From NCBI GenBank assembly GCA_028534125.1, contig CM052817.1, positions 70,186,001-70,250,000 on the forward strand: a stretch of DNA of 64,000 nucleotides, in the 5' to 3' direction. The number at the start of each line of letters is the position of its first letter. The stretch's first letter is position 1. Shown one piece after another: positions 12,353-25,719 of this stretch. Source of the DNA: Lama glama. Taxonomy: Eukaryota. The notes beneath the pieces were generated by a model. That model ran no database searches, was not told where the DNA came from, and saw nothing but the letters and a program-made list of their open reading frames with translations. The position numbers were made by a program, and so were the translations under genes.

Positions 12353-15300
12353 AGAAGACAGGTGATAAAGAAATTGGTAGGGGTTTACGATTCTTGGATT
12401 TATAGCACTCCTTTCAGTTCTGAAGTGCAGTTCCCCTGGTTAAACAGAATAGAGCCTCTGTTTTAGTTTGACTAGCAAGCATTCACGGTTGTGTTTTTTG
12501 TTCCATAACTCTTGAGGGGCACGACTGGTGTGAGCATTGTGATACGAGTAAATAACATCAAGATACACCTTCAGTTTGCTCCATGGTGCAGTCAGTCTGT
12601 TGCCTTGAAGCAAAATGTCAAGCCATCCAAGTTTTAATGGTCAAATGGACATTTTTTCAACAGATTTCCTTGGCATTTGAAATGTGAATAAGAATGACAG
12701 AAGTAAGTGTGCCAAACCTACACTTCACAGAACTTGGGGTAAAGAATAGTATAGTTGTTGCTCTTCAAACGGTTGCCTTAACTGGATTCTCTTTGATCTC
12801 TGGGGTCTCAGAAAGAGCTTGAGTCATCCAACTTTCTCATGACTAAAATAATGCCTGAAAAAAGCAAGTGATTTAAGTGTTGTCATCACAGCTTTCTGCT
12901 CACCCCCCTTCTACATTGTGCATTACAGTGTAATCTCACAGGGCAGACCCCAGTGAGCAGAGAGCCTGTCTCCTAGCCACGCTGTTAGTTCACAGGTAAA
13001 TGGCACCTTCTCCAGGGGAGCTCCTCTGGTTTGCAGACCCTCCATACGCCTAATAAAGGGATTAGTGTTATTATGCCTTTAGAGGTTTAGTTCATCTTTG
13101 ATTTGTGTTCAGATCTCTTCTCTCAGCAATTCAAAAGTGTCTGGTTTTGTTTTTAATGGAATTGCCCAAGCTAAACAAAAGAGTTAGAATTAGAAATGCT
13201 TCTGGGTGAGGTTTGGAGGAAACTTTTCTGAGACCTCCCTGCTTTTCTTACTTTGAGAGAAAAATGGAGGTGGGGAAAAGATCCACAGAAAAGTAACCAG
13301 ATACCCAAGGAAATGGAAAATGAGTTCTTTAAGAAAAAGCTGACAGGGATGGAATTGTTTTACCTGTAAAAGTAAGGATTAAGGAGTCAGTTAATTCCCG
13401 TTTTTAGAAATATGGAGGGTTATTACAAGGCAAAGGGATCCAGTTATTCTCTGTCTTCACAAGGAAGATCTCTACAAGTGTAGATTTGACAGATAACCTC
13501 TCTTAAGTGCTTTCCAGGGCTATCATTTCATTTCTTTTGAAAGTAAAACTGTAGATTTTAGATATGATAACTGAGTTGTTTATGGCAAAACTTGTATGAA
13601 ATCTGTATCCATTTATAGAATTGCTGGGTAATTTATATGAACTAATAGTGATATTTGCTAATCTGTGCAAGTTAAATTTAGTTTCACCATCGTTAAAAAT
13701 GTAAACTGCTTACACACTAATCTACATTTCATAATTTATTCTGTCCTCTTTTGAAGTTCTTTATTAGCTGTGCACTCTACAGTAAGATCACCACTGAACC
13801 CCATGCTAATGGGTATAAATTATAGTGGTGCCAGCTTGTCTTACCTTTGTTACATATGTGCCAACTGTTTCACAATGAACCTTTACTTTCCATTTTATGA
13901 CTGGCTGTAAAAACTGTGCTTAGAGCCAGTGAATGGACATGGCGTATTATGTCCACAATCTTGAAAGTCCCAACAAAAGCCAATTTTTTTTTTTTACTCT
14001 CTAGGGATAGTTCATGGCATTTTCATGATATTCATCCTTTAGTCTCTTTTTCCCCTCTTGTCTTTGCTCATTGTTTTCCAAAAGAAGACGGGAGGAAAAA
14101 CAACAAAAAAGTAAGCTGGTCAGTGTCACTTCTGCATTCTGGTGGGAAATTGATATTATTATAGAAACAGTGATCTATGATTTAATTTGACATACAGTAC
14201 TCTTACCCACTATTATTAGGGTTGAGAGTTAGTCATCTTTTAATTAGATGTCACAGAGGTCTAAAATTGGAATCAATCAGGTGAATACCTAATAGGTTTT
14301 ACAATTAACCTATCTGGTGGGAAACGCTGATATGATTCCCAGTTTACAACTTTACAAAAGTCGTAAAGCATTATTTTGAGGTGGCATTTAGAATTAGATA
14401 ACTCCAAAACATATATGTACCTTTTAATGTGTGGAAAGAAAAATGAAACAAGAGCTTATAAACAGTTTCATTGGTGTATACATCTATCAGAGTTCATCAA
14501 ATTGTACATCTGAAATATGTGTAGTTTATTGTACAGGAATCATACCATAATAAATGTGTTAAAAAAAAAGACTAAATAAAGACAAAAATCCCCCTTCCCC
14601 TCGGGATGGTGGTGCTGGGATTAAAAAAAAGTATATTTGAGACACCTGAAGATACTTACAAAGAAAGCAGAAATGTTTAGAAAGGAAGGCCAGGAAAAGG
14701 CAATCCAAACAGTACCTGGAACTAATCAGGTGATAAGCAAATACGGTCAGCTTGTTCGGATGTGATGAGAGAGGCAAAATATGAGGGAAAAGGAGGGAAA
14801 AAACAACATTTAGGGGGGAGAGAAAAAAAGATTTCTTTTGTCTTCGGCAAGTCAGGATGGTAGAATCTCCATTTGTTCTCAATAAAGCTAATTGAAAGAG
14901 CTCCCGGGAATATTTCCATATTGGCTCTTCTTGAAGGAATTGGGTTGGAAAAAAAAAATCTTCAGAGTTCCAGGGGCTTTGTCACGTAAAGCACAGAACA
15001 GGTTTTCTGCACCAGCTTCCAAATTATAGCTCTAGCGGACCACATGAGCCAGGTTGATCTGGTTCAGACTTCCCTAGAGCTTGGAGTCTAATGGATCCTA
15101 AATGGGGATTCATGATTTCCTTGTAAGAGAGGCTTGCAAGCAAATAAAGGGTAATCTAGAGATGCCATACACACCTTTTTAATTGTAGAGCAAGTGGAGA
15201 ACCAGCTCAGCCAGTGGATTCTTGACAGTAATGCCCACTTTGTCTCCCCTTGTGTTCTCTTGCATGAGGCTTGAGTGGGAATCTTCTTTATGTTTAGTCC

Positions 15301-16628
15301 AGGGGGTTGGTTGACAAGGAGGTGGAAGGTGAAGGGCCATTTGTTCACTTCTGGTTAATGCCAACAGAGTAGCAAAGGGGAAAGTGTGTGCTCTCTCATT
15401 CAGGGAAACAAATCCTGCTATTTCACACTTAGGAGCCAGCCATGTGTCCTGAGGCCAATGGAAGAAAGCAGCAGAGCTGGGCCCTGGGGCCTCAGCCCAA
15501 ACACCACGGAGAAAATCATTCGTGCTAATGTGTTTGACATCAGGAAGCACAGCTCACTGACTCTGAACTTGATATGGCCATTCCCAGTGGCTCTTAGAGA
15601 AGGAAAGTCCAAGAGAAAAGGAGAGGGCCAGCAATGTTAGGAGCCTCAGGGGGACACAAGGCAAAGGGTATGATAGTGTAATCCAAGACATGCTGAGATA
15701 TAGACTCCCATATCCCAAAGCGAAGGGAAGGCTGTGCTCTTCAAGGGCTGCAAATAAAAGGCCCTTATGTTAGTATGCCCTTCTTTCTATTGTACACCAC
15801 TCCTTCCTGCCCAGCCAGAGAATTGTTTCAGAATCTTTCTCAAAGTAATGTTCCGGGGAGGCCCCACCAACTGGCTGAAACTGACCTCAGACCTATTTGA
15901 CATCCTTGGTTTACGCTACAGGAGAGTAACATTTCTTCACTGGAGAAGGCGCTGTGGTGGATCCAGGGAGAAGAGGAACAGTAATAACTTATTTCTGAAA
16001 TCTCGGCCCAATGACTTGGAAAAATGGGTACAGCACAAGTGGAACTGTGGTTTTCTGTGGATAGATCATGTGCTGGATCAATGGATAGGTCATACCCTCC
16101 TCTTGCCAGTCTTACACACCAGAATTCCAAGTGCTCCACAGTTTTGACAGTGTAGTCAATGCTCTGTAAACGTTTGCTGAATGAATAAATAAATGAAGAA
16201 AAAATGGCTACAGTTAAGTCATAGTGCTTAAATCCCATTTTGTAATTACAGAGTTTGAGTTAGAATTTTTTTCCATTTTGATTTTTCTCCTCCATATTTT
16301 TAATTTCAATATTCACACCTGCTACTATTTAATCTATCAGTGCTGCTGAACTGCTAGTGAACAGATGCTGAGAGAAAACTTTGGAAATGTGATATGAAAG
16401 AAGACAATTCTATATATATATGTGTATATATATATATTATATATATACTTTTTTTGAGGTACAGAAAACATCATACAAGTAATATGGGGATATTTTTCCA
16501 CTAATAAAATGTATGGAATTCTGTGTCACCAATTCATGGTGTCCCATAAAGAACATGATTTTCAGGTGTTCCATGACCTGAATATGTTTTAAGACCACCC
16601 TTCCCTGACAACCCTACATTTTAGAACA

Positions 16629-16797
16629 ATAGTACTTAAACCATAGCACTTCTCAGAATTACCTAGAGGGCTTGTTAAAACCCAGGTGGCTGGGTCCCTC
16701 GCACCCTGAGGGTTTCTGATTCACTAGGTTTGCATTTCTCACAAGTTCCCAGATGATACTGTTTTGGTCTACAGACCACACTTTGAGAACCACTGAT
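16629..16797. mobile_element. MER5A-like hAT MITE
   Basis: agaattacctagagggcttgttaaaa...gtttctgattc...accacactttgagaaccactg. Confidence 0.8.
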
Positions 16798-17904
16798 TTA
16801 GGGCAGAATTCCTTGAGATAAAGACAGCTTTTATTGTCTTGGCTGCTCCTTCCTGAATGTCCTCTGAAGGATGTTGGATATTATAAGAGCCCGTGATACA
16901 GATATCAGTGAGGTGTATACTGTTATTATCTCCATTTGAGGCAGAGAGAATCTGAATAGTACGTGGGAAGAGCCAGCAGTTGAACCTACGTGGTCTGGCT
17001 TCAGACTGTTAACTGACTTTGAAGAAAAGGGCTAACTGAGGTAGATCCTCCCAACCATGTGGTTTTGACTGGGGGCAAGAAAAGTAACTGAGAAGATTCC
17101 AAAGTTCTGTCTGATTGTTCAGAAGAGAAGCCAGCAGCAGGCTCTCTAGGCTGGAGTCGCTCTGGACCTGCTCCCTGACTGCCTCCCTGTCACTGCTTAA
17201 GGCAGAATGAAACCTTCCTTCCTCAGAGGGGAGAGCAAATGACTGGAAACAAACTGGATATTCTTTGAAAAGTGATTGATAAAATAAGTGAACAAAGGCA
17301 CATCCATTCAATGGAATAGAATACAGCTGCAAAAGAAAGAATAAGGAAACTCTTTGTGTACCAACATGTAAATAGCACCAACATGTATGGTTGGTTAAAT
17401 TTTTCTAAAAGGAAAAAATAACACATTTGTGTTTGCTTACATGTGCATAAAGTATCCTAGAAGAACTCATAATACAGCAATAATAGTCACCATCTAGACA
17501 CAAGAGCAACAGGTGACTGGGGACAGGAAAGGGGGGCGGCTTCTCCCTCTCTCTCTTTTTTGGCGGGGGGCTTTTGAAAATTAAATAGTTAGTGTTTAAA
17601 AGTTGGTGATAGATTTTCTGTGACTTTCCTCACTTGATTACCTGGAGAAACGTTTTCCCTTTGGGTTCATTCCTATCCATCCGCCCAGCACCTCACAGGT
17701 CCCTTCTGCTTGGCAGCTGGAAATCCACTCCTGCCTGATGGGCCTGTGTTTAGGGTTTGTCTGGTATTAGCCCGTGAAACACAGTGAGGACGGTGTGTCT
17801 TCCAGCGACCTTGGAATTGTTTTTGCATTGTCTGTAAATGACTAAATGTAAATAATTTGGAAGGAAAAAACTTTATTTCTCTTAGGAAACAAGAGGCTAC
17901 TTTA

Positions 17905-18177
17905 TTTTTTTTAACATTTTTATTGATTTATAATCATTTTACAATGTTGTGTCAAATTCCAGTGTTCAGCACAATTTTTCAGTTATACATGAACATATAT
18001 ATATTCATTGTCACATTTTTTTCTCTGTGAGCTACCATAAGATCTTGTGTATATTTCCCTGTGCTATACAGTATAATCTTGTTTGTCTGTTCTACAATTT
18101 TGAAATCCCATCTATCCCTTCCCACCCTCCACCCCCTTGTCAACCACAAGTTTGTATTCTATGTCTATGAGTCTGAC
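17905..18177 (-). mobile_element. Young 5'-truncated L1 3' end (camelid-type subfamily)
   Basis: L1 3'UTR variant (ttttacaatgttgtgtcaaattccagtg...ccctgtgctatacagta). Perfect 13-bp TSD AGAGGCTACTTTA (17892-17904 / 18178-18190). Confidence 0.9.
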
Positions 18178-18194
18178 AGAGGCTACTTTAATCA

Positions 18195-18420
18195 TAATGG
18201 CATCACATTTATATAGCACTTTATAGTTTATAAAATCCTTTCACAGGCATTAGGCCATTTATACCTCACAACAGCTCTGAGAGGTAGCTATTATGGTCCC
18301 CATTTAATAGATGAGGAAACTGAGGCTCAAAGAGTTCCAGTAACTTGTCCAAGGTCAGAAAGCTATTAAATGTGAGAGCCAGGACTACTACCCAAGTATT
18401 CTGACTCAAGTCTTCTAAAT
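18195..18420 (-). mobile_element. MIR SINE
   Basis: cccatttaatagatgaggaaactgaggctcaaagag...aacttgtccaaggtca is the well-preserved MIR core. Confidence 0.9.
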
Positions 18421-18429
18421 TCCACCCCC

Positions 18430-20350
18430 CTGCCTTTTTATAGTTGTAGAAAGAGAAAAATTAATATGCTTTTTTAAAAAAGAAAAAGACAGAAATATCC
18501 ATAATCCCATGACTCCAACAAAACATTATTAAATTTACATATTATCTTCCAGGGTTTGTCCATGTGCCTACAACTATTATCTAGTTACAATCATAATATA
18601 CGTGCAATTATGTATTCTATTTCTTTCCCCCACTTGGCGCTGCTATCCTGAAGCATTTTCCGAGTTGCAACATAATTTTCATGATTAGCAAATTAATAGC
18701 TTTGTATTTCTTCAAGACCTGTTCGAATGCAACCTGCTACTGCTTAACATGGATTCATTTGATTCATCCATTCACTCATTCATTCAATCAATAATTACTA
18801 AACCCCTGCTACGTGCCAGATCCTGTGCCAAAGGCTCGGGACGTGTCAGTGATGGGCACACACCGGAGGGACACTGTGGTGCCTGAAGATGAGGAAGCAG
18901 CAGGCGGGAAGTAAGGCAAAGCTTCCTAGAGGAAGTACATGCTGAGACAGTTAGATAAACGTCGAAATTTTTAATAAAAAAGAATAACACTGCTGTAAAC
19001 ACCTTTGTGCTTATAATCTTTCTATTTTAAAAAGGTTTTTTTTCCTACACGAGGGAATTCCACTTTTGTGGCATAAGTACTTGTATTCCTCTGACATGAT
19101 ACCAAAAATATATGAGTGTATGATTGCATTATGACCTCATCAACACTAAGTATTTTTATTGAAAAGCAGTGTTTGTTAATTTTACAGTTGGAAAATGGTG
19201 CCCCAATTGTTGCCTTGATTGCATTTCTTTGATTAATAGTGATGTTAATATTTTTTCCCATAGTCTTGTTTATTAATTGTATTTCTTTTTGTATGAATTG
19301 GCTGCATTTTGTCCTTTGCCTAATTATTTATTAGCATCTTATTATTTTCTTGTCTGTATGGGAGAGCTCTTTACATATTTTTATTTCAGTGTATTTTAAC
19401 ATTATTCAAAAATTAATTTGAACAGGTTTTTTGTATTGTCAAGATAATATAAAAATGACCGTTTGCTATTTTTACTGAAATTATTTTTCTTAGTATATTT
19501 GCCTTTTTATTTTAATATTTATAGTTTAACTTTTTAAAGGAAAGCTGTTTTGCATAGGGAAACTTCATCTATTTTCAAACTTATTGTTATTATTCCTGTT
19601 GATATTTGATTCTTAGATCTTCTTTTGTACTAGTTTCTGTTTTTATTTTTTCTTTAATTCTTAACAGCATCTGGAATTCATTTGGGTTTTGTGTGAGGTA
19701 TAGACTTAAGTTTATTTCTCTCCCCAAATTTCTAAAGAGACAACACAACACCATTTATAAAAATATTTTCAATTTCCATATCATGTATTACATTCTTATA
19801 CATAACAGACTTCCTGTATAGATCCATTAGTGTGTATGTCTAGTTTTGTGTTAGAGCTAACACACTGTTCAGATTTTTGCTTTCTACTATATTTTACTAC
19901 TACTGTTTTTACCGATGAATTATATTTTAATTTTGCAGAATACTAGTAAAAATCTCATTGGGCTTTTGATTGGGATTGCATTAAATATATATATATATAT
20001 TGTGTGTGTGTGAAGAATCAGTCATCCTTTATAGATCTAATTTTTCTACTTAGAATAAGAACTATTTCTCCTTCTACCAAATCAATTAAATTATTTCTCA
20101 AAATATAAGTAGCACATATCACTTGCTAAATCTTTTTTATTTTTGGTAAATATTTGAGGAGGAATTAATTAAGCATTGTAATTGATATACAGAAATATTA
20201 TCAATTTTTGCTTGTTATCATGCACAGTAGAGATAAAAGATTATCTTTGAATATAAATAGCTTTTTACTGAATTTCTTTGGCTTTCCTAAGTATATAGTC
20301 ATATACTCTTTGCATGTAACTATATTTTAATCTCTTTCTGATCGTAATGT
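18430..20350 (-). mobile_element. Degraded old L1ME-like region with an L2 fragment (~18760-18950)
   Basis: T-rich strand with L1 ORF2-like phrases (ttgcatttctttgatt...; ttttgattgggattgcattaaat). L2 tail motif cattcactcattcattca. Confidence 0.55.
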
Positions 20351-21151
20351 CTGATTAAATAATTCTTCAGGTCACACATCTAAAGTGGTGAAGCTGGGAC
20401 CCGCAGAAGTAGGGTCTGTTGGAGAGGAGAGCCCACATTCCCACTTCCTGTTCTGGTTCAGAGGTGCCTCCTGGGAGGCAGGCCCCCAGGCAGGTCAGGG
20501 GTTCAGAGCCGTGCTATGCACTAACCCACTGAGTTACGCTGGGCAAGGTGCTTACTTCTCAGACCTTCATGGGATCAAACTTAGTTGATTTCTAAGAATT
20601 TGACCAGTTCTAAAATACTTTGAAATGGAATTACATTGAGAAAGTTATCTGGCAGGCATCAATTTGGGGCAGTTTTTAGATAAGAGAAATTGAGTGAGAA
20701 TTGCCAGAGGAAGGAAGCATGTGAGGTTGAGAAGAGCGACGGTTATCGCCTAGTACAAAGAATCGCAATCTGTGTGCGTGCCCGGTGTTCCTTTTGTTAC
20801 ACTGCGTGCCAGGGCAAAACGCTCATTGCTGGTTTTGAGGTTCCTTGACATGAACCTTCTTAAAGAACATTCTTGTCTATATGGCTTCATTTGAAAAGGA
20901 CACAAAGGCTGTGGTCATTGTGGTGGTGCTTTGTTCTATTGTAGTTTATTTCAGTGTTCACTGACCTACTGCTGGAGCTCTGAGTAATGAGCCCAGCCAG
21001 AGATAATGATGATAAAAAGACAGAGAAGAGGGAACAAGCTAATGAGAGAAGAGGAAGAGATTTAAAAAACAGTAATTTATCAACATATAAGTATTAGTAT
21101 ATAACACTGAAGTTAAGACATACATTGTGGAGCCAGGTTGCCTAAATTCTT

Positions 21152-21181
21152 TTTTCCCCCATTCGTCTCGTTTTTTTAAAT

Positions 21182-21240
<59 letters not shown>

Positions 21241-21684
21241 TATTGAAGTATAGTTGATTTACAATGTTGTGTTAGTTTCAGATACACAGCAAAATGATTC
21301 CGTTATGCATATATACATTCTTTTTCAGATTCTTTTCCATTATAGGTTATTACATGATATTGACTATAGTTCCCTGTGCTATACCTTGTAGGTACATCTA
21401 TTTTATATATAGTAGTATGTTTCTGTTAATTCCAAACTCCTAATTTATCCCTCCTCACCTTTCCCCTTTGGTAACCAATGTTTGTTTTCTAGATCTGTGA
21501 GTTTATTTCTGTTTTGTAAATAAGTTCATTTGTAACATTTTTTAAGATTCCACGTATAAGTGGTATCATATAATATTTATCTTTCTCTCTCTGACTTACT
21601 TCACTTAGTATGATAATCTCTGTGTCCATCCATGTTGCTATAAATGGCATTATCTCATTCTTTTTTATGGCTGAGTAGTATTCT

Positions 21685-21732
<48 letters not shown>

Positions 21733-21751
21733 CATATATATATACATACAC

Positions 21752-21783
<32 letters not shown>

Positions 21784-22153
21784 TACACACACCACATCTT
21801 CTTTATCCATTCATCTGTCAGTGAACATTTAGGTTGCTTCCATGTCTTGACTTGTAAATAGCGCTGCTATGAACATTGGGGTGCATATATCTTTTCAAAT
21901 TAGAGTTTTCATCTTTTCCAGATATATGCCCAGGAACCTCCATACTGTTCTCCATAGTGGCTGCACCAACTTCCATTCCTACTAGCAGTGTAAGAGGGTT
22001 CCCTTTTCTCCACACTCTCCCAGCATTGTTATTTGTAGACTTTTTAATGGTGGCCATTCTGACTGGTGTGAGGTGATACTTCATTGTAGTTTTGATTTTC
22101 ATTTCTCTAACAATTAGTGATGTTGTGCATCTTTTCATGTGCCTGTTGACCAT
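21152..22153 (-). mobile_element. 5'-truncated L1 (ORF2 C-terminal remnant) inserted into a MIR
   Basis: ORF fragments [22 protein letters not shown] and EYYSAIKKNEIMPF. (TTTA)n tail at ~21181-21243. TSD caggttgcctaaattctt (21134-21151) / cagattgcgtaaattctt (22154-22171). The MIR continues to ~22350. Confidence 0.95.
21688..21793. repeat. Compound (TG)n-(TA)n-(CA)n microsatellite within the L1
   Basis: Directly visible. Confidence 0.95.
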
Positions 22154-22874
22154 CAGATTGCGTAAATTCTTATTCTGGCCTTGCCACTTATCAGGTATGT
22201 GATCTCTGTTCCTCAGTTTCCCTGACTTTAAAAGGGGAGATGTTAATATGACTTACTTCATAGGATTGTTGTGAAGAGTAAATAAGTTAATAATGAAGAG
22301 ACCTTAGAAACTGTCCCTGGCATATAGTAAACTGTCAAATTTCACTACTGTAATTTTTTCTAAAAAACATTAAAAACATGTAACAGATTAGCCACCTTTT
22401 TAAAAATGTTCCTGATGATTATCCTTCCCAACCTTATCAAATTATGTCTTTCTGAGGTGGCTGTTTGGGTGCCCTGTTCATGTAGAAGTTAAGTTAAGCA
22501 TTTTACTGTTAGAATTCAAAGAACCGCATGCCCTGGGTTCTTTTGATATTTATGAGGCTTAATTTCAGTTTATGTTCCAACTTGCACATTACATTCTTTA
22601 GCTGATTTATTGCTGCTTATAGTAGTACTATTTATAACATCCTCAGTTCTCTTAAGTTTTACATACCTCAGTTCATTCCAGCTCACAGGTAGGTGGGTGG
22701 TTAGTAGTAGAATCTCTCGTTTCTCAAGCAAAAAAACGCTAAAGGCATAATGATGAAGTGATGCCCAACAAATTGGTGGCAGGGTGGGTAATATGATGAT
22801 GAGCTTGACTTACTACTTGGGCCCTTGTTCTCAGGCACCCTCAGAAACCAGCTCGTTTCATTAATGAAGGTGAG

Positions 22875-23030
22875 TGAGGAACGCACAGGCTCTGGTGTCA
22901 AACAATTTTGGGTTCAATTTTGACTCTCCCATTCACAAACCATGGGGGTCTTAGGAAAGGTTCTTGACTGTCCTCAGCTTAGGTGTTTTCCTCTGTGAAT
23001 TGAGAATGATCATTTTGTCTTCCCTATAGG
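22875..23030 (+). mobile_element. MIR SINE
   Basis: ggctctggtgtcaaac...gggttcaattttgactct...ttttcctctgtgaattgaga. Confidence 0.65.
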
Positions 23031-23344
23031 TGTTCTGGGGGAAGGTAGAGGGGTTGGGGGATGGTGAGTCAACTCACACAGGAAATGAGCAGTAATTGTG
23101 GTCACTTGTATTCTTGGAATTCACCTCTTTCAGGATGCATATCTTGAGCTGATACCATTTTAAACAAGGTCTTTTGCTTGAATATTTGAGTCTAAACTTT
23201 TGTAAAGGGAACCATTAATTTAGAACTTGGCTTCATTTTCAATTCCGTTCTTCAGGAGTGTGTAGGGTTGCATGAACCTGGTCCTGTGCTAGGGGAGGAG
23301 GAAAAGGGGGAATGTGGAGGTATCCATGGCAAAGAATATGGTAG

Positions 23345-23535
23345 TTGGAGTTTCCCAAACGTTAGCACGTGAGAATCACCTGGAGTGTTTGTTTAAAAAC
23401 ACAGGTTCCTGGGCCCCGCCCCAGAGTTTCTGATCTGGTACATCCGGAGTGGAGCCTGAGAATTCGCATCACTAACAGATGCTTTGGGGATGCTGATGCT
23501 GCTGGTCTGGACCCCACACTCTGAGAATCACTGGC
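23345..23535. mobile_element. MER5A hAT MITE (near full length)
   Basis: gagaatcacctggag...ctgggccccgccccagagtttctgat...gatgctgctggtctggaccccacactctgagaatcactg. Confidence 0.88.
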
Positions 23536-24272
23536 TGTGTAACGGGCAGCCACGAAATCTCAGGGGCTTGAGACAGCAGAGGGTTCCTTCTTACTACATA
23601 ACCATCATGAGCCAGAGGTTTTTAATAAACTATTTCCTTTCTGTATGTTCAGTCTCCCCAGGAAGATGATAATCTCCTAAAGGGTGTGGGTCACCTTTTT
23701 AATTTTGTGTCCTTCCCAGCATCCAATTCAGAGCTCAGCACATATTCAATATCCTATAAAGACTTGTTGAGTTTTATTGAGAAAGGAGGATCAACAGATT
23801 TCTCACCTTTCATTTCTTGCTACTTTTTAAATTTCTCCTTCCAGATGGATGTCTAAGGTCCTGTGGGCATTCAGCTGAGGTCTCCAAATGGGACTGATCC
23901 ATTCTTATTGTAAATGAAAATATAGCAATTAATACATATATAATGTGTGCATATTTAGACATACTTCATAGTTTTCAAACAAAAAAAATTAAGCCTTAAA
24001 GGGAGGTGAGAATTAGAGCAAATAGTCTAGTTATGAGAGCTATCAGAGTTACTGTTACCAGATAGTAACTTTGACTCTGAGCTTCCTGGCAATAATGAGA
24101 AATGTGATGGATTACATAATTCTCTCCCACTTACCACTCATCCACTTACTTGATCTGCTACATCTTAGTCTGTCTCCTCTGCTTTCCACTTCCCTTTCTC
24201 TGCATGCTAGTCACCAACTTCTGCTTATGGTTTCCCTCAATTTCTTTCTCTGGCTTTAATAAGTTACTACTT

Positions 24273-24685
24273 CTAAAAAATTTTATTTTGTATTGAAGTG
24301 TAGTTGATTTACAATGTTAGTTTCAGATATACAGCAAAGTGATTCAGTTATACATGTACATACATATATATGTACATATATTTTCAGATTCTTTTCCATT
24401 ATAGCTTATTACAATAAATTTAATATAGTTCCTTGTGCTATGCAGTAGGTGCTTGTTGTTTATCTATTTTATCTATGATAGTGTGTATCTGTTAATACCA
24501 AACTCCTAGTTTATCCCTCCTCCACTTTCCCCTTTGGTAACCACAGTTTGTTTTCTGTGTCTGTGAGTCTGTTTCTGGTTTGTAAATAAAACTTGTATCT
24601 TTTTTTAGATTCCACATATAAGTGATGTATATTTGTCTTTCTCTATATGCCTTACTTCACTTAATATGACAACCTCTAGGTCCAG
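24273..24685 (-). mobile_element. 5'-truncated artiodactyl-type L1 3' end
   Basis: Same 3'UTR hallmark as the other copies. TSD taagttactactt (24260-24272) / taagttagtactt (24686-24698). Confidence 0.93.
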
Positions 24686-25719
24686 TAAGTTAGTACTTTT
24701 TCTTTTTATTCTTTCTATACTGCGGGCACTCCTCTAACTTTAATTGGATTCTGAATGAGATACGTGTTCTCTCTGGCTTTGACCCCAAATGACCTCTACT
24801 AAACCACCCCTCAGAGAAGGGAGAACAGTCTCTGTCTTCTGTAGAGATGGATCTCAGGCATGCAGGCAGTGCTCAGCGTCAGGAAGGTCATTTGACAGGT
24901 AGCAAGACCTGTGGAACGGACAGACCTCTAGTTCCTGCAGGAGAGAAAAACCAGAGTGAAGCAAATGACAGATCCTTAAAGGAATAAAGCTCGTGGCAAA
25001 CAGGTTTCCTCTTGAGTGCAGTGGCTTCCTAGAGAAAAATCCTGAAGCCACTTCCAAGCTTGGCAGGAAAGGATGCTGTGATGAATCCGTGATGTCTGCT
25101 GACAGGGAGGTGGGGATGGAATGGCAGTGTGTGAGCCAGCTGTTTCCTAGTCCTGCACTTTGCAGTGAGCTGATTATCCAGAGTATATCTTAGGCCCAAT
25201 AAGGGAAAAGCAAGAGTCAATCAGAATTGGGTTATACGTGAGGATTTGGTTTCAAAAACAAGAAAGAAGCCTAGTTTCTAGGACCAGGTTAAAAAAGGAC
25301 GAGACATGCATATTGTCTTAAGCCATCTGAATATTGAGTTGAGACTAATTATATCCTGATTGTTTGGGGCTCTGGAGTGGGGCTGAGGCTATAGCTTGTA
25401 GTGTCCTAGCTCAAGCTCTGTGAAGGAAAGAGGTACTGTGGGGGAATTAGGCGATGTTGTCAGTGATCCTGTTGGCTAGTAGACACTTTGTAGTTTGCCA
25501 CCCGGTGCCAGTTAAGGGTATTTTGGATGCAAAAGAATGTCCCCTAAAGCCACTCTTAGGGTCCCCTCCAGCTCTACTGTGACCATGCAGAAGTTGTCCC
25601 ACTCCTCTAATCATCAACATCCCATGACTAGAGAAAGAATAGCTTTAAAACAGAAAAAGACAGAATCATTTGTTAATCTAATTCCTGGATGATTTTGATT
25701 CTTTTAGTGATTTACTAGT

